Shown here in pieces: positions 7,731 to 17,983 of a DNA stretch of 53,735 nt. Under the pieces are notes generated by a model, which was not told where the DNA came from, searched no databases, and saw only the letters and a program-made list of their open reading frames with translations. The stretch spans positions 1-53,735 of the forward strand of contig JBGVJN010000015.1 in NCBI GenBank assembly GCA_045129455.1. The letters run 5' to 3'. The DNA comes from Faecousia sp. GTDB taxonomy: Bacteria > Bacillota > Clostridia > Oscillospirales > Oscillospiraceae. Both the position numbers and the translations under genes were made by a program. Positions within the stretch are counted from its first letter, which is position 1. Every line of letters starts with the position of its first letter.

Positions 7731-8326
7731 GAAAGCTCCTTTGTCAGCTGCTTCTTTTCGTACAGACTGTACCCTTTATCCACCAGGCAGGTGGCAAGGA
7801 AGGCAAAGCCGATGCCCATGGCCACGGAGAACAGCACATCGGTAGGATAGTGGACATACAAGTAAAGCCGGGAGAAGGCGATGAGGGTCGCCAGGATCAT
7901 TGCGGGGATGCCCCATTTCCTGCTGCGGATCAGCAGCGCCGTGGCAGCTTCAAAGGAGGCGAGGGTATGGCCGGAGGGGAAGGAATAATCGTGCAGCGCT
8001 TCGATGAGCAGCGGGATCTCCTTCTGAAAATACTCCAGCTGATAGTCGTAAGGCCGGATTCGGGCGAACAGGGGCTTCATGATCACATTGCACGCAAGCA
8101 GGCCCATCAGCAGGGCAGCGCCCATGGAAAGGCCGGCTCTGCGGTACTTGGGGAAAAACAGGAGCAGAGCTGCCAGAGCGATCCAGAAGATGCCCGCGTC
8201 ACCCAGAGCGGTGATCACCGGCATGACCGCGTCCAGCACCGGGCAGGTGAGCTTGGCAGCGATCCAATCCAGGATCGGCAGATCAAAAGCTTCCGCCAGA
8301 TAATTCATGAAAGCTTCCACGGTCAT
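7727..8326 (-). CDS. PAP2 phosphatase (undecaprenyl-pyrophosphate phosphatase-like)
   Basis: KxxxxRxRP, SFPSGH and SRLYLYVHYPTDV motifs. Confidence 0.9.
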   Translation of the reverse strand: MTVEAFMNYLAEAFDLPILDWIAAKLTCPVLDAVMPVITALGDAGIFWIALAALLLFFPKYRRAGLSMGAALLMGLLACNVIMKPLFARIRPYDYQLEYFQKEIPLLIEALHDYSFPSGHTLASFEAATALLIRSRKWGIPAMILATLIAFSRLYLYVHYPTDVLFSVAMGIGFAFLATCLVDKGYSLYEKKQLTKELS

Positions 8327-9705
8327 TCTCCCTTCTCGTTTTCAAACAGTGCGTAAAGGACCATAGGCTCCAGCGGCTTTTCGCCGGACAGGTGGACATT
8401 GCCGTTTTCGTCGGGGGTAAAGGCTACGGTCAGGGTGATCTTTCCGCTGCCGTCATCCTCCTGCAGTACCCAGCCGGCAAAGACCTTGCCCTCGGGGGCG
8501 GTGACAGTGGGCAGGGTAAGAGAGGTGCTGTTTACCTCCGCGAAGAAGGAATCTACTGTTTCTTCGCCATTTACAAAGGTCAGTCGCACCTGCTGGCGCT
8601 GCTGAGTCACATCCAGCTGAGTCATATCGCTGATGAGCCACTTGCCATCACTGTTTTTGCTGAAGAAGCAGACAGAGTCCATCACATAGTCCTTTTCGGA
8701 ACCGTCAGTACGGACAAAATGCACGGTCTGCTGAGTGCGCACGGAGAAAAGATCCTCACTGTAGCGGTAGAAGTCAGAACACTGGGTGTCGCTGATAGTG
8801 TAGCTCTGATACCGCTGCTGGATCCGAAGGATACCGGTGATGGTCTTATAGATGGCGCAGCCGGGCACAAAGTGCTGGGAAAGCCGCCAGGCGGTGGTGG
8901 CTTTGATCATATATTTGGCATAGGTGACCATGGCGGCGGAGACCTGGGTGTACTCCTCGTCGGTCATGGTGTGCGTTTCCAAAGTGGGGGCATAGATGCC
9001 GGTGACTTCATCCGGCATGGTGGGCACCTCGTTGCCTTCGCTGTCTTTGACTACCACTTCGGGGGCCACCAGCAGGTCGGTGACCAGCTGCTGCTCCATC
9101 CGGTATCCGTGAATGCCTTCGGGAAGATAGCCGCTTTCCGCCAGGGTATCCACCTTGCGCACGGTGTAGCTGTCGTCCAGGGCCACGCCGTTGATATACA
9201 CAGTATGCCCAGGCTGCTTATTTACAAGCACCTGCTGCTTCCGGGAGAAGAAAATTTCCAGCTTGCCAAGCTCCCATTCCGGGATCTCCAGATCACTGTC
9301 AGCACCGCCGGTGAGGGTGAATACGGCGATCTTCTCATCACCAAGACGGACGATGTACTTGTGGTCGCCGGAAAGACCGGCGGAGGTCTCGGTGTAGGTC
9401 AGTTTCTTACCCTTGGCAGCAGCCTGCATATAGGCGGCGTAAGCCTGCTTGCCTTCAAAGGCGGTGTCCTGAATACCGGCAAGCTCATAGATCTCAGCCC
9501 AATCCGGATCGGCAAATAAATCCTGGAAGACTTCCTGGCATTTCTGCTCCGGCTGGCTGGCTTCGTAGCGGGCAAGCCACGCTTCCAGGGGCTGCAAGGC
9601 AAAGTGCATGCCTACGAAGAACGCTACGATCACAAAAAGATAAATACTGTAGAAGATGATGGTACTTTTGCGGATGGGGCGACGGGAAGTCTGCTTTTTA
9701 TCCAT
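8323..9705 (-). CDS. Membrane-anchored extracellular hypothetical protein
   Basis: GGAGG RBS before MDKKQ; one N-terminal TM helix; overlaps or abuts its neighbours. Confidence 0.8.
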   Translation of the reverse strand: MDKKQTSRRPIRKSTIIFYSIYLFVIVAFFVGMHFALQPLEAWLARYEASQPEQKCQEVFQDLFADPDWAEIYELAGIQDTAFEGKQAYAAYMQAAAKGKKLTYTETSAGLSGDHKYIVRLGDEKIAVFTLTGGADSDLEIPEWELGKLEIFFSRKQQVLVNKQPGHTVYINGVALDDSYTVRKVDTLAESGYLPEGIHGYRMEQQLVTDLLVAPEVVVKDSEGNEVPTMPDEVTGIYAPTLETHTMTDEEYTQVSAAMVTYAKYMIKATTAWRLSQHFVPGCAIYKTITGILRIQQRYQSYTISDTQCSDFYRYSEDLFSVRTQQTVHFVRTDGSEKDYVMDSVCFFSKNSDGKWLISDMTQLDVTQQRQQVRLTFVNGEETVDSFFAEVNSTSLTLPTVTAPEGKVFAGWVLQEDDGSGKITLTVAFTPDENGNVHLSGEKPLEPMVLYALFENEKGE

Positions 9706-9707
9706 AC

Positions 9708-10799
9708 TCAGCCCTCCTCCAGCGGCCGCACCAGGAAATAGGTGGGCATTCTTCTGGGGCTTTCCTGCAGAAGGGAGTAACTGTTGACTACCTGCAGCTG
9801 GTTGGTCTCGGGATCTCTGCGGCACATGACGGTGGAGGAGCCGCCGTCCAGGTTCATGGCGTTGACAGCGCCGTACTCGATCATAATATCCGTCAGATCC
9901 GCGTAGGTAGCGCCCAGAGAGCCTACCTGCCGTCCGTCCACGCACAGAAGGATGATGGTGCCGTCAGCACGCTGACCGATGGCGGTGCGGGGGTTATAGC
10001 CGGAGTTCTGGTTATAGGCGGCCTCGTTGATCTCGCCGTTGATCACCAGCACGGGGCCGAAGCAGCAGCCGTCCCGGATCCTGAGGTCCTTGACCTTCTG
10101 GGCATTGATGGAGGTGGATACGATCAGCACATTATCCTCGTTCAGACCTACGAAGCCGTAGTAACTGGTGCCGTCGTTGAAGACGATCTTGCCCTTGGAG
10201 ACCACCATGCCACGGGGTGTGGAGCCGACATAGGAGGAGGCGGTGCCGTCATCGAAGAACGCGCCGCCATTGACACCGGCCACGGCGCCTTCTGTTTCCA
10301 TCACGGCGCTCAGGGGAAGTCCGTACTCTACCGTGGAGAAGTCATCGGTACAGGTGGCGGTATAGACTCTGGAAGGGTCTCTTACCAGCATCACATAGGC
10401 ATTATAGGTATCACCCTTGATCTCTTCGAGGCGGATCCCGTCGGGATAGTTATCCCATTCGGAGCTGCCGCCCAGGGAACTGCCGTTCTGGATCACGATC
10501 TGAGAGGTATCGGACATATCCGCAGGCAGTGTGGCGGAGACCTCTGCCCGGATATCTTCCACAGTGTCCTTGCCGATGAACAGGGCAGGGCACCACTTCA
10601 TGCCGCTGGATTCCAGCATGGACATGGTGAGGATATCCCGTGCGGAGGTGGAAGGACCGTTGAAGATCAGGTTGCAGACCATGATCAGACCCACCAGCAC
10701 CAGCATCACCAGCGTAAATACAGAAAGCAGTGTGCGCCGCAGAACTGTAAATACCACCTTGCCGGCGGTTTTCTTTTGGGATTTTGCGTTGGATTCCAT
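9708..10799 (-). CDS. Phosphodiester glycosidase (NAGPA family) protein
   Basis: GVNGGAF, NPRTAIGQ, VDGR and NLDGGSS motifs. Confidence 0.9.
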   Translation of the reverse strand: MESNAKSQKKTAGKVVFTVLRRTLLSVFTLVMLVLVGLIMVCNLIFNGPSTSARDILTMSMLESSGMKWCPALFIGKDTVEDIRAEVSATLPADMSDTSQIVIQNGSSLGGSSEWDNYPDGIRLEEIKGDTYNAYVMLVRDPSRVYTATCTDDFSTVEYGLPLSAVMETEGAVAGVNGGAFFDDGTASSYVGSTPRGMVVSKGKIVFNDGTSYYGFVGLNEDNVLIVSTSINAQKVKDLRIRDGCCFGPVLVINGEINEAAYNQNSGYNPRTAIGQRADGTIILLCVDGRQVGSLGATYADLTDIMIEYGAVNAMNLDGGSSTVMCRRDPETNQLQVVNSYSLLQESPRRMPTYFLVRPLEEG

Positions 10800-10814
10800 G
10801 TAATATTACCTCAT

Positions 10815-11912
10815 TTATTTCTCTTGATCGTTGGAACTGAACACCCAACGCTGCTGGATCACGAAGCTGACGAAGAACAGCGCCGTCATTACCAGTGCGT
10901 AGATCACACCACGCAGGAGGGTCTCATCTTCCCCGATGCCAAACAGGAGAAACAGACCGTAGGTGATGCCCATATGTGCCAGCGCCTGGGGAATCGCCAG
11001 GGCGAAGTAGCGAAGGAAGGCCCGGGTGGTATTTCCCTTGCTGTGAAATACCAGCGCCTTGTTCATGTAGAAGTTGACCACGGAGGAGATGGCTCTTGCG
11101 ATGGCAGCAGGCAGCGCTGTCAGCCAGAAGCCGGAAAGCACACTTTGAAGCAGCCCGCTAAGCAGCACAAAGATGCCTTCGTCCAGAACGGAGCTGAACA
11201 AAGACGAGGCGGTGTACTTGAAAAAGTGCGCCAGGATCAGCTTGTAGATCCGCCAGGAATCCCGCACGGCCCGGAAATGGGAGCTTTTGTTTTCCTCGAT
11301 GTAAACGGTGCGGATCTTCACTTCATCGAAGGGAATGTGCTGCTCCTTCATGGCAAGCAGCATATTGGTCTCGTATTCGAACCGCTCGCCCTTTACCTCC
11401 ACCAGCTTGCGTACATCCCCGGTGGGGATGGCCCGCAGGCCGGTCTGGGTGTCGGAAATGGTCATGCCCACGAAGGCCTTGAAGACCAGGGAGGTGATCT
11501 TGTTGCCGTTGCGGCTGCGGAAGGGTACATCCGGCTGCGTGAAGTCCCGCACGCCCAGGGTCAGATGGCCGGTCTGCAGCATGTTTTCGCTGCAGCGGAG
11601 AGTATCCTCCGGGTGGTGCTGATTGTCACCGTCCACAGTGACGAGACCCAAATGCTCCGGGCGGTTCTCCAGGAACCAGCGGAAGGCGGTCTTCAGCGCC
11701 GTGCCCTTGCCCAGATTGCAGGGATGATGGATCAGCTGCACCTGGGGATGCTCCGCGGCTTCGGTAAAATAATGAAGATTTTCCGGCTTACTGCCGTCGT
11801 TTACCAGAATGATATCGGTAAAGCCGTACTCCAGAAGCCCGTTGATCACAGTAGTGAGTTTTTCGTCGGGATCCAGAGAGGGGAGAACGACGGAAACCTT
11901 GGAAATATCCAT
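10815..11912 (-). CDS. GT2 glycosyltransferase fused to a GtrA-like flippase domain
   Basis: VNDGS, NLGKG, DGD, DTQTGLR motifs; C-terminal 4-TM domain ending QQRWVF. Confidence 0.9.
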   Translation of the reverse strand: MDISKVSVVLPSLDPDEKLTTVINGLLEYGFTDIILVNDGSKPENLHYFTEAAEHPQVQLIHHPCNLGKGTALKTAFRWFLENRPEHLGLVTVDGDNQHHPEDTLRCSENMLQTGHLTLGVRDFTQPDVPFRSRNGNKITSLVFKAFVGMTISDTQTGLRAIPTGDVRKLVEVKGERFEYETNMLLAMKEQHIPFDEVKIRTVYIEENKSSHFRAVRDSWRIYKLILAHFFKYTASSLFSSVLDEGIFVLLSGLLQSVLSGFWLTALPAAIARAISSVVNFYMNKALVFHSKGNTTRAFLRYFALAIPQALAHMGITYGLFLLFGIGEDETLLRGVIYALVMTALFFVSFVIQQRWVFSSNDQEK

Positions 11913-12006
11913 AGTAGTATCTCCTTTGTATGTAATGATAGTCAGCAATCAAGTATTATATCACAAATAGTGGCAAAAGGGAAGTGCTTGCGACGGTTTT
12001 CGATGT

Positions 12007-12795
12007 TCATTCCCCGGCGCTGATGGACCAGAGATTACGGATCTGCCCTTCGATCTGCTCATAGGACCAGAGCTTTTCGGAGTTGGCATAGCTGTTGGGA
12101 TCATTGACCCGGTATTTCCCATCCTCGATGCCTGCCAGGACGATGTAATGGCCGGAGGTGGTAAAATCTCCTGCCCGCATGGCGCAGATCACCGGCTTGC
12201 CTTCTTCCAGACTTTTGTCGATCAGCCCCTTTACCAGAGGCAGCTCCTTCACGGAAAGTCCCAGCTTCACGCCGCCTTCGCTGATCAGTGTCCAGGAAGA
12301 GCCGCTGCCGCTGACATAATAGTTGTTCTCCAAGGCAAAGCGCAGGATCTGATCCGGGGACATTGCCGGGTCATCGGTCACATACAGTGCCGCCATGGAA
12401 AGGCACACCGGGCCGCAGCCGGTAAGGGCTGCCATATCGCTGCCGTACTTCATGTAACCCCAACGCTGATCCCACTGCATCAGCAGCGGTACTGTGTCGG
12501 TTTGGAGATATTCGGTCATATCGATCACGGGGGCGGCATCCTTGGCAGCGGGATACTCCAGTACGAACTTCTCCGTTTCCGGATTGCCCTCCAGGAGGGT
12601 GATCAGGCTCTGGGGATAATCCCGCAGGGAATAGCCGTGGGTCTTTGCGTAAAGCCAGACCTTTTCCTCAGCCGTGCCTGGCTCGGGCATATAGAACATT
12701 TCATAGAACACCACACCCAGACAAAGCAGTACCAGAATGGCGCACAGGCCGCAGATCAGCAGCCGAAGGCCGCCGCGGGTAGCAGTACGGGTCAT
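12007..12795 (-). CDS. C39-like cysteine peptidase, membrane anchored
   Basis: QWDQRW, GCGP, GHYIVL and VNDP motifs. Confidence 0.85.
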   Translation of the reverse strand: MTRTATRGGLRLLICGLCAILVLLCLGVVFYEMFYMPEPGTAEEKVWLYAKTHGYSLRDYPQSLITLLEGNPETEKFVLEYPAAKDAAPVIDMTEYLQTDTVPLLMQWDQRWGYMKYGSDMAALTGCGPVCLSMAALYVTDDPAMSPDQILRFALENNYYVSGSGSSWTLISEGGVKLGLSVKELPLVKGLIDKSLEEGKPVICAMRAGDFTTSGHYIVLAGIEDGKYRVNDPNSYANSEKLWSYEQIEGQIRNLWSISAGE

Positions 12796-12928
12796 TTAGG
12801 ATCCCTCCCGGAAAAATCAGTTAACCAATACATTATAACATAGATATGCGAGATTGTCTTCTGTTTTTCACAAAAAACATAAAAAAGCAGATGCCTTTCG
12901 GCATCTGCCAATTTTTAGGGATATATTG

Positions 12929-13984
12929 TCAAAATTCCTGCACGATGGCTTCCATGGCCTGCCATTTGCTTTCCATATCCGCCACCAGCTTGAATTGCGT
13001 GCGGCAGCGGTCCAGGTTATGACCGGGCCGATGGGTAGCGAAATAATGATCGCCGTCCAGATAATCTGTCAAAAAGCGCACACCGCATTCCAGGGTCATC
13101 AATTTGGCGCCCATGGGCAGCATCCGTTTTTCCGTGGCGGTCAGATCCGGGCAGGCAGACACAAAACCCTCCGTAAAGGTTCGGAACAGAGAAAGATCCA
13201 TCTCCATTTTGGAAAGATCGGTTTCGTCCTCTGCCGCCGTGGCTGCACCGAAGCGGATGGAATCGCCGAAATCGTAGGCGCTGAGGCCGGGCATGACCGT
13301 GTCCAGATCAATGACACACAGAGGAGTCCGGGTGGCGGCATCCAGCATCACATTGTTCAGCTTGGTGTCGTTGTGGGTCACACGAAGGGGAAGCTGCCCG
13401 TTTTCCAGCATGCGCACCAGGGTGGCGGCCTCCTGCTCCCGGGCAAGGGCAAATTCGATCTCCGGCTGCACATCCTTTGCGCGGCCCATGGGATCGGCTG
13501 CCAGTACCTCCCGGAAGATCCGATAACGGTCGGCGGTGTTGTGGAAATTGGGCAGAGTCTCATGCAGCGTGTGGGCAGGGAAGTCCTGCAGCTGCTGCTG
13601 AAACGCACCGAAGGCCACTGCACTCTGGTAGAAGTCCTCCTTGCTTTCGGGAGCCTGCAGACATATGCTGCCCTCTACGAAATCATAAACTCTCCAGTAG
13701 CCGCCCTCCAGCTGCAGATAGCTTTCGCCGCCGGCGGTGGGGACAAGCGTCAGCACCCGCCGGGGATCGGTCTCCCGGTTTCTGAGGAAACCGGTGACGG
13801 CGGCGATGTTTTCCATCAGACCGGGAACATCCTTGAAGATGTGATGATTGATCTTCTGCAGGATATACCGCTTTCCGGAAGCGGTGTGCACCAGGTAGGT
13901 CTCATTGATATGTCCGCAGCCGTAGCGCTCACAGCTGATGACAGAGCCGTCCAGGGCATAGTGAGAAAGAACACGGGAAGTCAT
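12929..13984 (-). CDS. APH-family phosphotransferase (N-acetylhexosamine 1-kinase-like)
   Basis: GHINETY, HNDTKLNN, IDLDT and YDFGD motifs. Confidence 0.85.
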   Translation of the reverse strand: MTSRVLSHYALDGSVISCERYGCGHINETYLVHTASGKRYILQKINHHIFKDVPGLMENIAAVTGFLRNRETDPRRVLTLVPTAGGESYLQLEGGYWRVYDFVEGSICLQAPESKEDFYQSAVAFGAFQQQLQDFPAHTLHETLPNFHNTADRYRIFREVLAADPMGRAKDVQPEIEFALAREQEAATLVRMLENGQLPLRVTHNDTKLNNVMLDAATRTPLCVIDLDTVMPGLSAYDFGDSIRFGAATAAEDETDLSKMEMDLSLFRTFTEGFVSACPDLTATEKRMLPMGAKLMTLECGVRFLTDYLDGDHYFATHRPGHNLDRCRTQFKLVADMESKWQAMEAIVQEF

Positions 13985-13990
13985 AGTTTG

Positions 13991-15388
13991 TCACTCCTTG
14001 TCGTCCACCAGCCTGGTTTTTTCCAGGCTGACCTTGTGATAATAGATGCCGGTGATGATGCTGCACAGGAGCCAGCCGGCGGGATAGCTCATGGCGATGG
14101 GGATGATCTCATTGCAGATATTGCTCATACCCAGCAGGTACAGCTGCCGGAAGCCTACATAGCTCAGCAGCAGGATGACCATGGGCGCACGGCTGTTGCC
14201 CGCGCCCCGCAGAGCGCTGACGTAGATCTGGTTAAAGCAGCACAGGATATAGAACGGAGAGATCCACCGCAGCAGCATGCTGCCGTATTGGATGACCTCG
14301 GGCTTGTCGTTGAAGAAAGCCACCACCGGGGCGGCAAAGATTACCACCGGGATCATCATCAGGGCGGTAGCCGATACGGACAGGATCAGCGCAATGGTAA
14401 CGCCCTTTCTGGCTCTCTGGGGCTGATTGTTGCCCAGATTCTGTCCCACAAAGGTGGTAGATGCCAGAGAGATGGACTGCATGGGCAAGAACAGCAGCTG
14501 ATCCACCTTGGCATATGCGGTCCAGCCGGACATGCAGTCGGGGCCGAAATAATTGATGTAGGATTGAACGAAAATGTTGGAGAAAGATGTGATGGCCATC
14601 TGCAGCGCCGCGGGGATACCCACGGAGATGATCTTTTTCAGGATCAACCAGTGGATCTTCAGCCTGGAAAAACGCAGCCGGATGCAGCTGTCGGTGCGCA
14701 GCAGGGTGATCATCACCAGGATCGCGGAAATGCTCTGGGAGAGAATGGTCGCCAGCGCCACGCCTTCGACACCCATCTTGAGCACCAAAACAAAGACCAG
14801 ATCCAAAACCGTGTTGAGGATGGCGCAGATCACCAGAAAATAGAAGGGCCGCCGGGAATCGCCTACCGCACGGAGGATGCCGGCACCGATGTTGTAGAGC
14901 ATCAGACCCAGAATGCCGGAGAAGTATACGGTCAGATAAGTGGTGGCGTCGGGTTTGACTTCCGGGGGCATATCCATCAGCTCCAGCATGTAGGGGGTCA
15001 TGAAGATGCCGATGCCTGTGAAGGCGATGCCCATGACAAGGGTCATGACTACGGCGGTATGGACGGTGTCGTTGACCTTATCCTCCTGGTGCGCGCCGTA
15101 GTACTGGCTGATCAGTACACCCGCGCCGGAGGAAAAGCCCATAAAAAAGCCGATGAGCAGGTTGACGATGGAGCCCACGGTACCCACGGCGGAGAAGGCT
15201 TCGTTACTGACAAAGTTGCCCACCACCCAGGTGTCGACGGTATTGTAAAGCTGCTGGAAGATATTGCCGATCAGCAGCGGAAGGGCAAAGCTGACAATAT
15301 GGCCCAGGATGCTTCCCTGGGTCATATCCACATCCCGCTTTGGGCGGGAATGGCTGCGTAAAGGATGTATAAGGTGCTTTCCGGGCAT
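13991..15388 (-). CDS. MATE family efflux transporter
   Basis: GNIFQQLYNTVD, RAVGDS, GVEGVALAT motifs; start codon uncertain. Confidence 0.92.
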   Translation of the reverse strand: MPGKHLIHPLRSHSRPKRDVDMTQGSILGHIVSFALPLLIGNIFQQLYNTVDTWVVGNFVSNEAFSAVGTVGSIVNLLIGFFMGFSSGAGVLISQYYGAHQEDKVNDTVHTAVVMTLVMGIAFTGIGIFMTPYMLELMDMPPEVKPDATTYLTVYFSGILGLMLYNIGAGILRAVGDSRRPFYFLVICAILNTVLDLVFVLVLKMGVEGVALATILSQSISAILVMITLLRTDSCIRLRFSRLKIHWLILKKIISVGIPAALQMAITSFSNIFVQSYINYFGPDCMSGWTAYAKVDQLLFLPMQSISLASTTFVGQNLGNNQPQRARKGVTIALILSVSATALMMIPVVIFAAPVVAFFNDKPEVIQYGSMLLRWISPFYILCCFNQIYVSALRGAGNSRAPMVILLLSYVGFRQLYLLGMSNICNEIIPIAMSYPAGWLLCSIITGIYYHKVSLEKTRLVDDKE

Positions 15389-15443
15389 GGTAATTACTTC
15401 CTGTTTCGTTTTTTGCCATTGTAGCAGATTGCGCAGGGGAATG

Positions 15444-15604
15444 CAACCGATTTTGGGATTTTGCAGTCCGGGCAAGGGGGGGGCGGAAGCTGCGAAAACG
15501 GTTGTGCAAAGTTAACAATTCCTTTCTAGGTAAAATGTGGAAAAAGTGGAAAGTTAAATTTGCGCAACCGTTTGATTGACAGGTAAATTTTAGGATGCTA
15601 TACT
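15444..15604 (+). promoter_or_regulatory. Sigma-A promoter with LacI-family-like operators
   Basis: TTGACA(15576)-N17-TATACT with extended TG; CAACCG(A/T)TTT-like sites at 15444, 15495 (reverse) and 15565. Confidence 0.6.
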
Positions 15605-15645
15605 TAATTTACCCTATTTAAACAATAATTTAGGAGGAAGTAATT

Positions 15646-17085
15646 ATGAAGAGATTGATCGCGATCCTCGCAGTTCTGGCACTGTGCCTGAGCGTTCTGC
15701 CCATGGCTGCCTTTGCTGCGGATGCAACCTACTATGTGGCCGGCAGCTTCAACGACTGGAAAGCCGACGGCACCGCAATGACCAAGGAAGGTAATCTTTG
15801 GAAGTGCACTGTTAACATGGCTAAGGGCAAGCATGAGTTCAAGGTTACCAATGGTACTTGGAATGTGTCTTATCCCAGCGCCAATTACGCTGTGGAAGTG
15901 ACCGCTGCTTGTGATGTGACCATTACTTTTGATCCCAACAGCAAGGCGATTACTGTCTCCGGCGCTGGCCTGGCCGGTCCTGCATACTATGTGGCCGGCA
16001 GCTTCAACAACTGGAAAGCCAACGGCACCACAATGACCAAGGAAGGCAATGTTTGGAAGTGCACCATTAACATGACTAAGGGCAACCATGAGTTCAAGGT
16101 TACCAATGGTACTTGGGATGTGGCTTACCCCGGCGAAAATGTGAAGATCTCCGTTGAGACTGCCTGCGCTGTCACCATCGCATTTGATGAGACTACCAAG
16201 AAGATTACCGTTACCGGCAGCGGCCTGGCCGGCTCTGTGAAGGCTCCCGCTATTGAGTACATGGAAGTTGTGGGTGCAGGTGTAGAGGGTCTGACCTGGA
16301 ATCCCGGCTCCTCTGTGAAGATGACTAAGACCTCTGAGGGCGTGTATGTTGCTGAGTTCAATGGCGTTGCCAAGGATACCCAGCTGAGCGTCAAGTTTGC
16401 TGCCAACGGCAATTGGAACGACTACAATATCGGTGGCACCTACAATGACGACGGCACTGTTTCCGCAGTTATGTCCGGCAGCAGCACCGACATCAAGATC
16501 ACCGCTCCCTATGCCACTACCAATGTGAAGCTGACCCTGGATCTGACCCAGCTGGCTTATGCAGCCGGCACCGGCATCTCCGTCAAGGTCGAGCTGATCA
16601 ATGCCGATCCCAACACTGGGGACGACCAGGAAGAGGACAAGGAAGAAGAGAAGAAGCCCGAGGTTGAGATCACCGAGGTCACCGTTTACGCACAGGTTCC
16701 CGCTGATTGGGGTACCCCCAAGATCTGGGCCTGGGACGATGCCGGCAATGGCCTGTCCACCGTGGGTTGGCCCGGAAACCTGGATATGACCCAGGGCGAA
16801 AACGGCTGGTGGAGCATCAAGATCCCCGTGAGCATGACCAATGTGATCGTCCTCAACAGCGACGGCACCAAGCAGACCGTTGACCTCAAGGTCGAGAAGG
16901 AAAAGATGGACATCTGGGCCGCTGTTGGCGCTGCCGGTTCCGACGGCAAGTTCTCCGCGGATCTGGATTACACTGTCCCCAAGACCGGTGATGAGACCGC
17001 TCTGGTGAGCGCTGCCATCGTGATGGCTCTGGCTATCGGCGCTACCGCTCTGGTGCTGACCAACAAGAAGAAGTTCGGCATCTAA
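15646..17085 (+). CDS. Sortase-anchored non-catalytic starch-binding protein (X25-like repeats plus CBM26-like domain)
   Basis: Signal peptide; YVAGSFNxW..EFKV repeats; IWAW..WPG..GWW..QTVDL domain; VPKTG + TM helix + KKK tail. Confidence 0.75.
   Translation: MKRLIAILAVLALCLSVLPMAAFAADATYYVAGSFNDWKADGTAMTKEGNLWKCTVNMAKGKHEFKVTNGTWNVSYPSANYAVEVTAACDVTITFDPNSKAITVSGAGLAGPAYYVAGSFNNWKANGTTMTKEGNVWKCTINMTKGNHEFKVTNGTWDVAYPGENVKISVETACAVTIAFDETTKKITVTGSGLAGSVKAPAIEYMEVVGAGVEGLTWNPGSSVKMTKTSEGVYVAEFNGVAKDTQLSVKFAANGNWNDYNIGGTYNDDGTVSAVMSGSSTDIKITAPYATTNVKLTLDLTQLAYAAGTGISVKVELINADPNTGDDQEEDKEEEKKPEVEITEVTVYAQVPADWGTPKIWAWDDAGNGLSTVGWPGNLDMTQGENGWWSIKIPVSMTNVIVLNSDGTKQTVDLKVEKEKMDIWAAVGAAGSDGKFSADLDYTVPKTGDETALVSAAIVMALAIGATALVLTNKKKFGI
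15730..16233 (+). repeat. Intragenic tandem duplication, 255-bp period
   Basis: TACTATGTGGCCGGCAGCTTCAAC at 15730 and 15985. Confidence 0.9.
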
Positions 17086-17097
17086 GCCTAAATAATT

Positions 17098-17138
17098 CTG
17101 TGGGATCCGGATTTTTCCGGATCCCACATATTTTTCTT
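17098..17138 (+). terminator. Intrinsic terminator
   Basis: TGTGGGATCCGG/CCGGATCCCACA followed by a T tract. Confidence 0.8.
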
Positions 17139-17174
17139 GACTTTTTTGGGAGAATATGTTAGTATTTCCTCGCT

Positions 17175-17292
17175 CATGAGGGAGTAGCAAGCGCAAAAAA
17201 AGCGCAGCAAGTCAACATACTGGCATTTTTGCCTGGCTTGCTTTAATTTGCGAGACTCATGTATATCTGCAAAGCTATACATGGGGTCTTTA
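17175..17292 (+). promoter_or_regulatory. yybP-ykoY Mn2+ riboswitch with terminator expression platform
   Basis: CATGAG-GGAGTAGC...GTCAACATA...TGCGAGAC-TCATG; overlapping AGACTCATGTATA/TATACATGGGGTCT hairpin; lies upstream of mntP. Confidence 0.85.
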
Positions 17293-17364
17293 TATCTTGT
17301 CACAGATACTCAGGTACGGCATTTTGCGGCTGTTCTGGGTATTTTATTTTTGGAGGAAGCTTTT

Positions 17365-17949
17365 ATGGAGTGGAGCTTTGTTTTCTTCTTTAACAGTGTG
17401 CTTTTGGGTGTGGGATTGGCAATGGACGCGTTTTCTGTATCCCTGGCTAACGGCTTGCATGACCCGGGGATGAAAAAACAAAAGATGTGCGGCGTTGCCG
17501 GCTTGTTTGCCTTTTTCCAGGGTCTGATGCCTATGCTGGGCTGGATCTGCATCCATACCATCGTGCAGTATTTTACCGCTTTCGAGGCGCTGATCCCCTG
17601 GATCGCCCTTGCTCTGCTGGGTTACATCGGCGGCAAGATGATCTATGACAGCCTCAAGCACAAGGAAGCGGAAGAGGAAGCGCCGAAGGTGGGCCTGGCG
17701 GGTCTGCTGGTGCAGGGCGTAGCCACTTCCATCGATGCTCTTTCCGTGGGCTTCACCATTGCCGAATACGAATGGCTCATGGCCCTTGCCAGTGCGGCAG
17801 TGATCGCCGCGGTCACTTTCGTGATCTGCTTTGCGGGAATCGCCATTGGCAAGAAAGCCGGTACAAAGCTGGAGGAGAAAGCAGGCCTCTTCGGCGGCGG
17901 TATTCTGATCTTCATCGGCTTGGAGATCTTCATCACCAGCTGGCTGTAA
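17365..17949 (+). CDS. mntP: Manganese efflux pump MntP
   Basis: GLAMDAFSVS and ATSIDALSVG motifs. Confidence 0.92.
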   Translation: MEWSFVFFFNSVLLGVGLAMDAFSVSLANGLHDPGMKKQKMCGVAGLFAFFQGLMPMLGWICIHTIVQYFTAFEALIPWIALALLGYIGGKMIYDSLKHKEAEEEAPKVGLAGLLVQGVATSIDALSVGFTIAEYEWLMALASAAVIAAVTFVICFAGIAIGKKAGTKLEEKAGLFGGGILIFIGLEIFITSWL

Positions 17950-17983
17950 AAAGATAACGGGCGCAGTGATCTGCGCCCGTTTT

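Noticed and set aside
12854-15361. 835-aa + strand ORF (likewise 39760-42936, 15604-17196, 29722-31290, 51706-53187)
   Set aside because: Antisense shadows of well-supported genes, caused by GC-rich codon bias; no RBS or recognisable motifs
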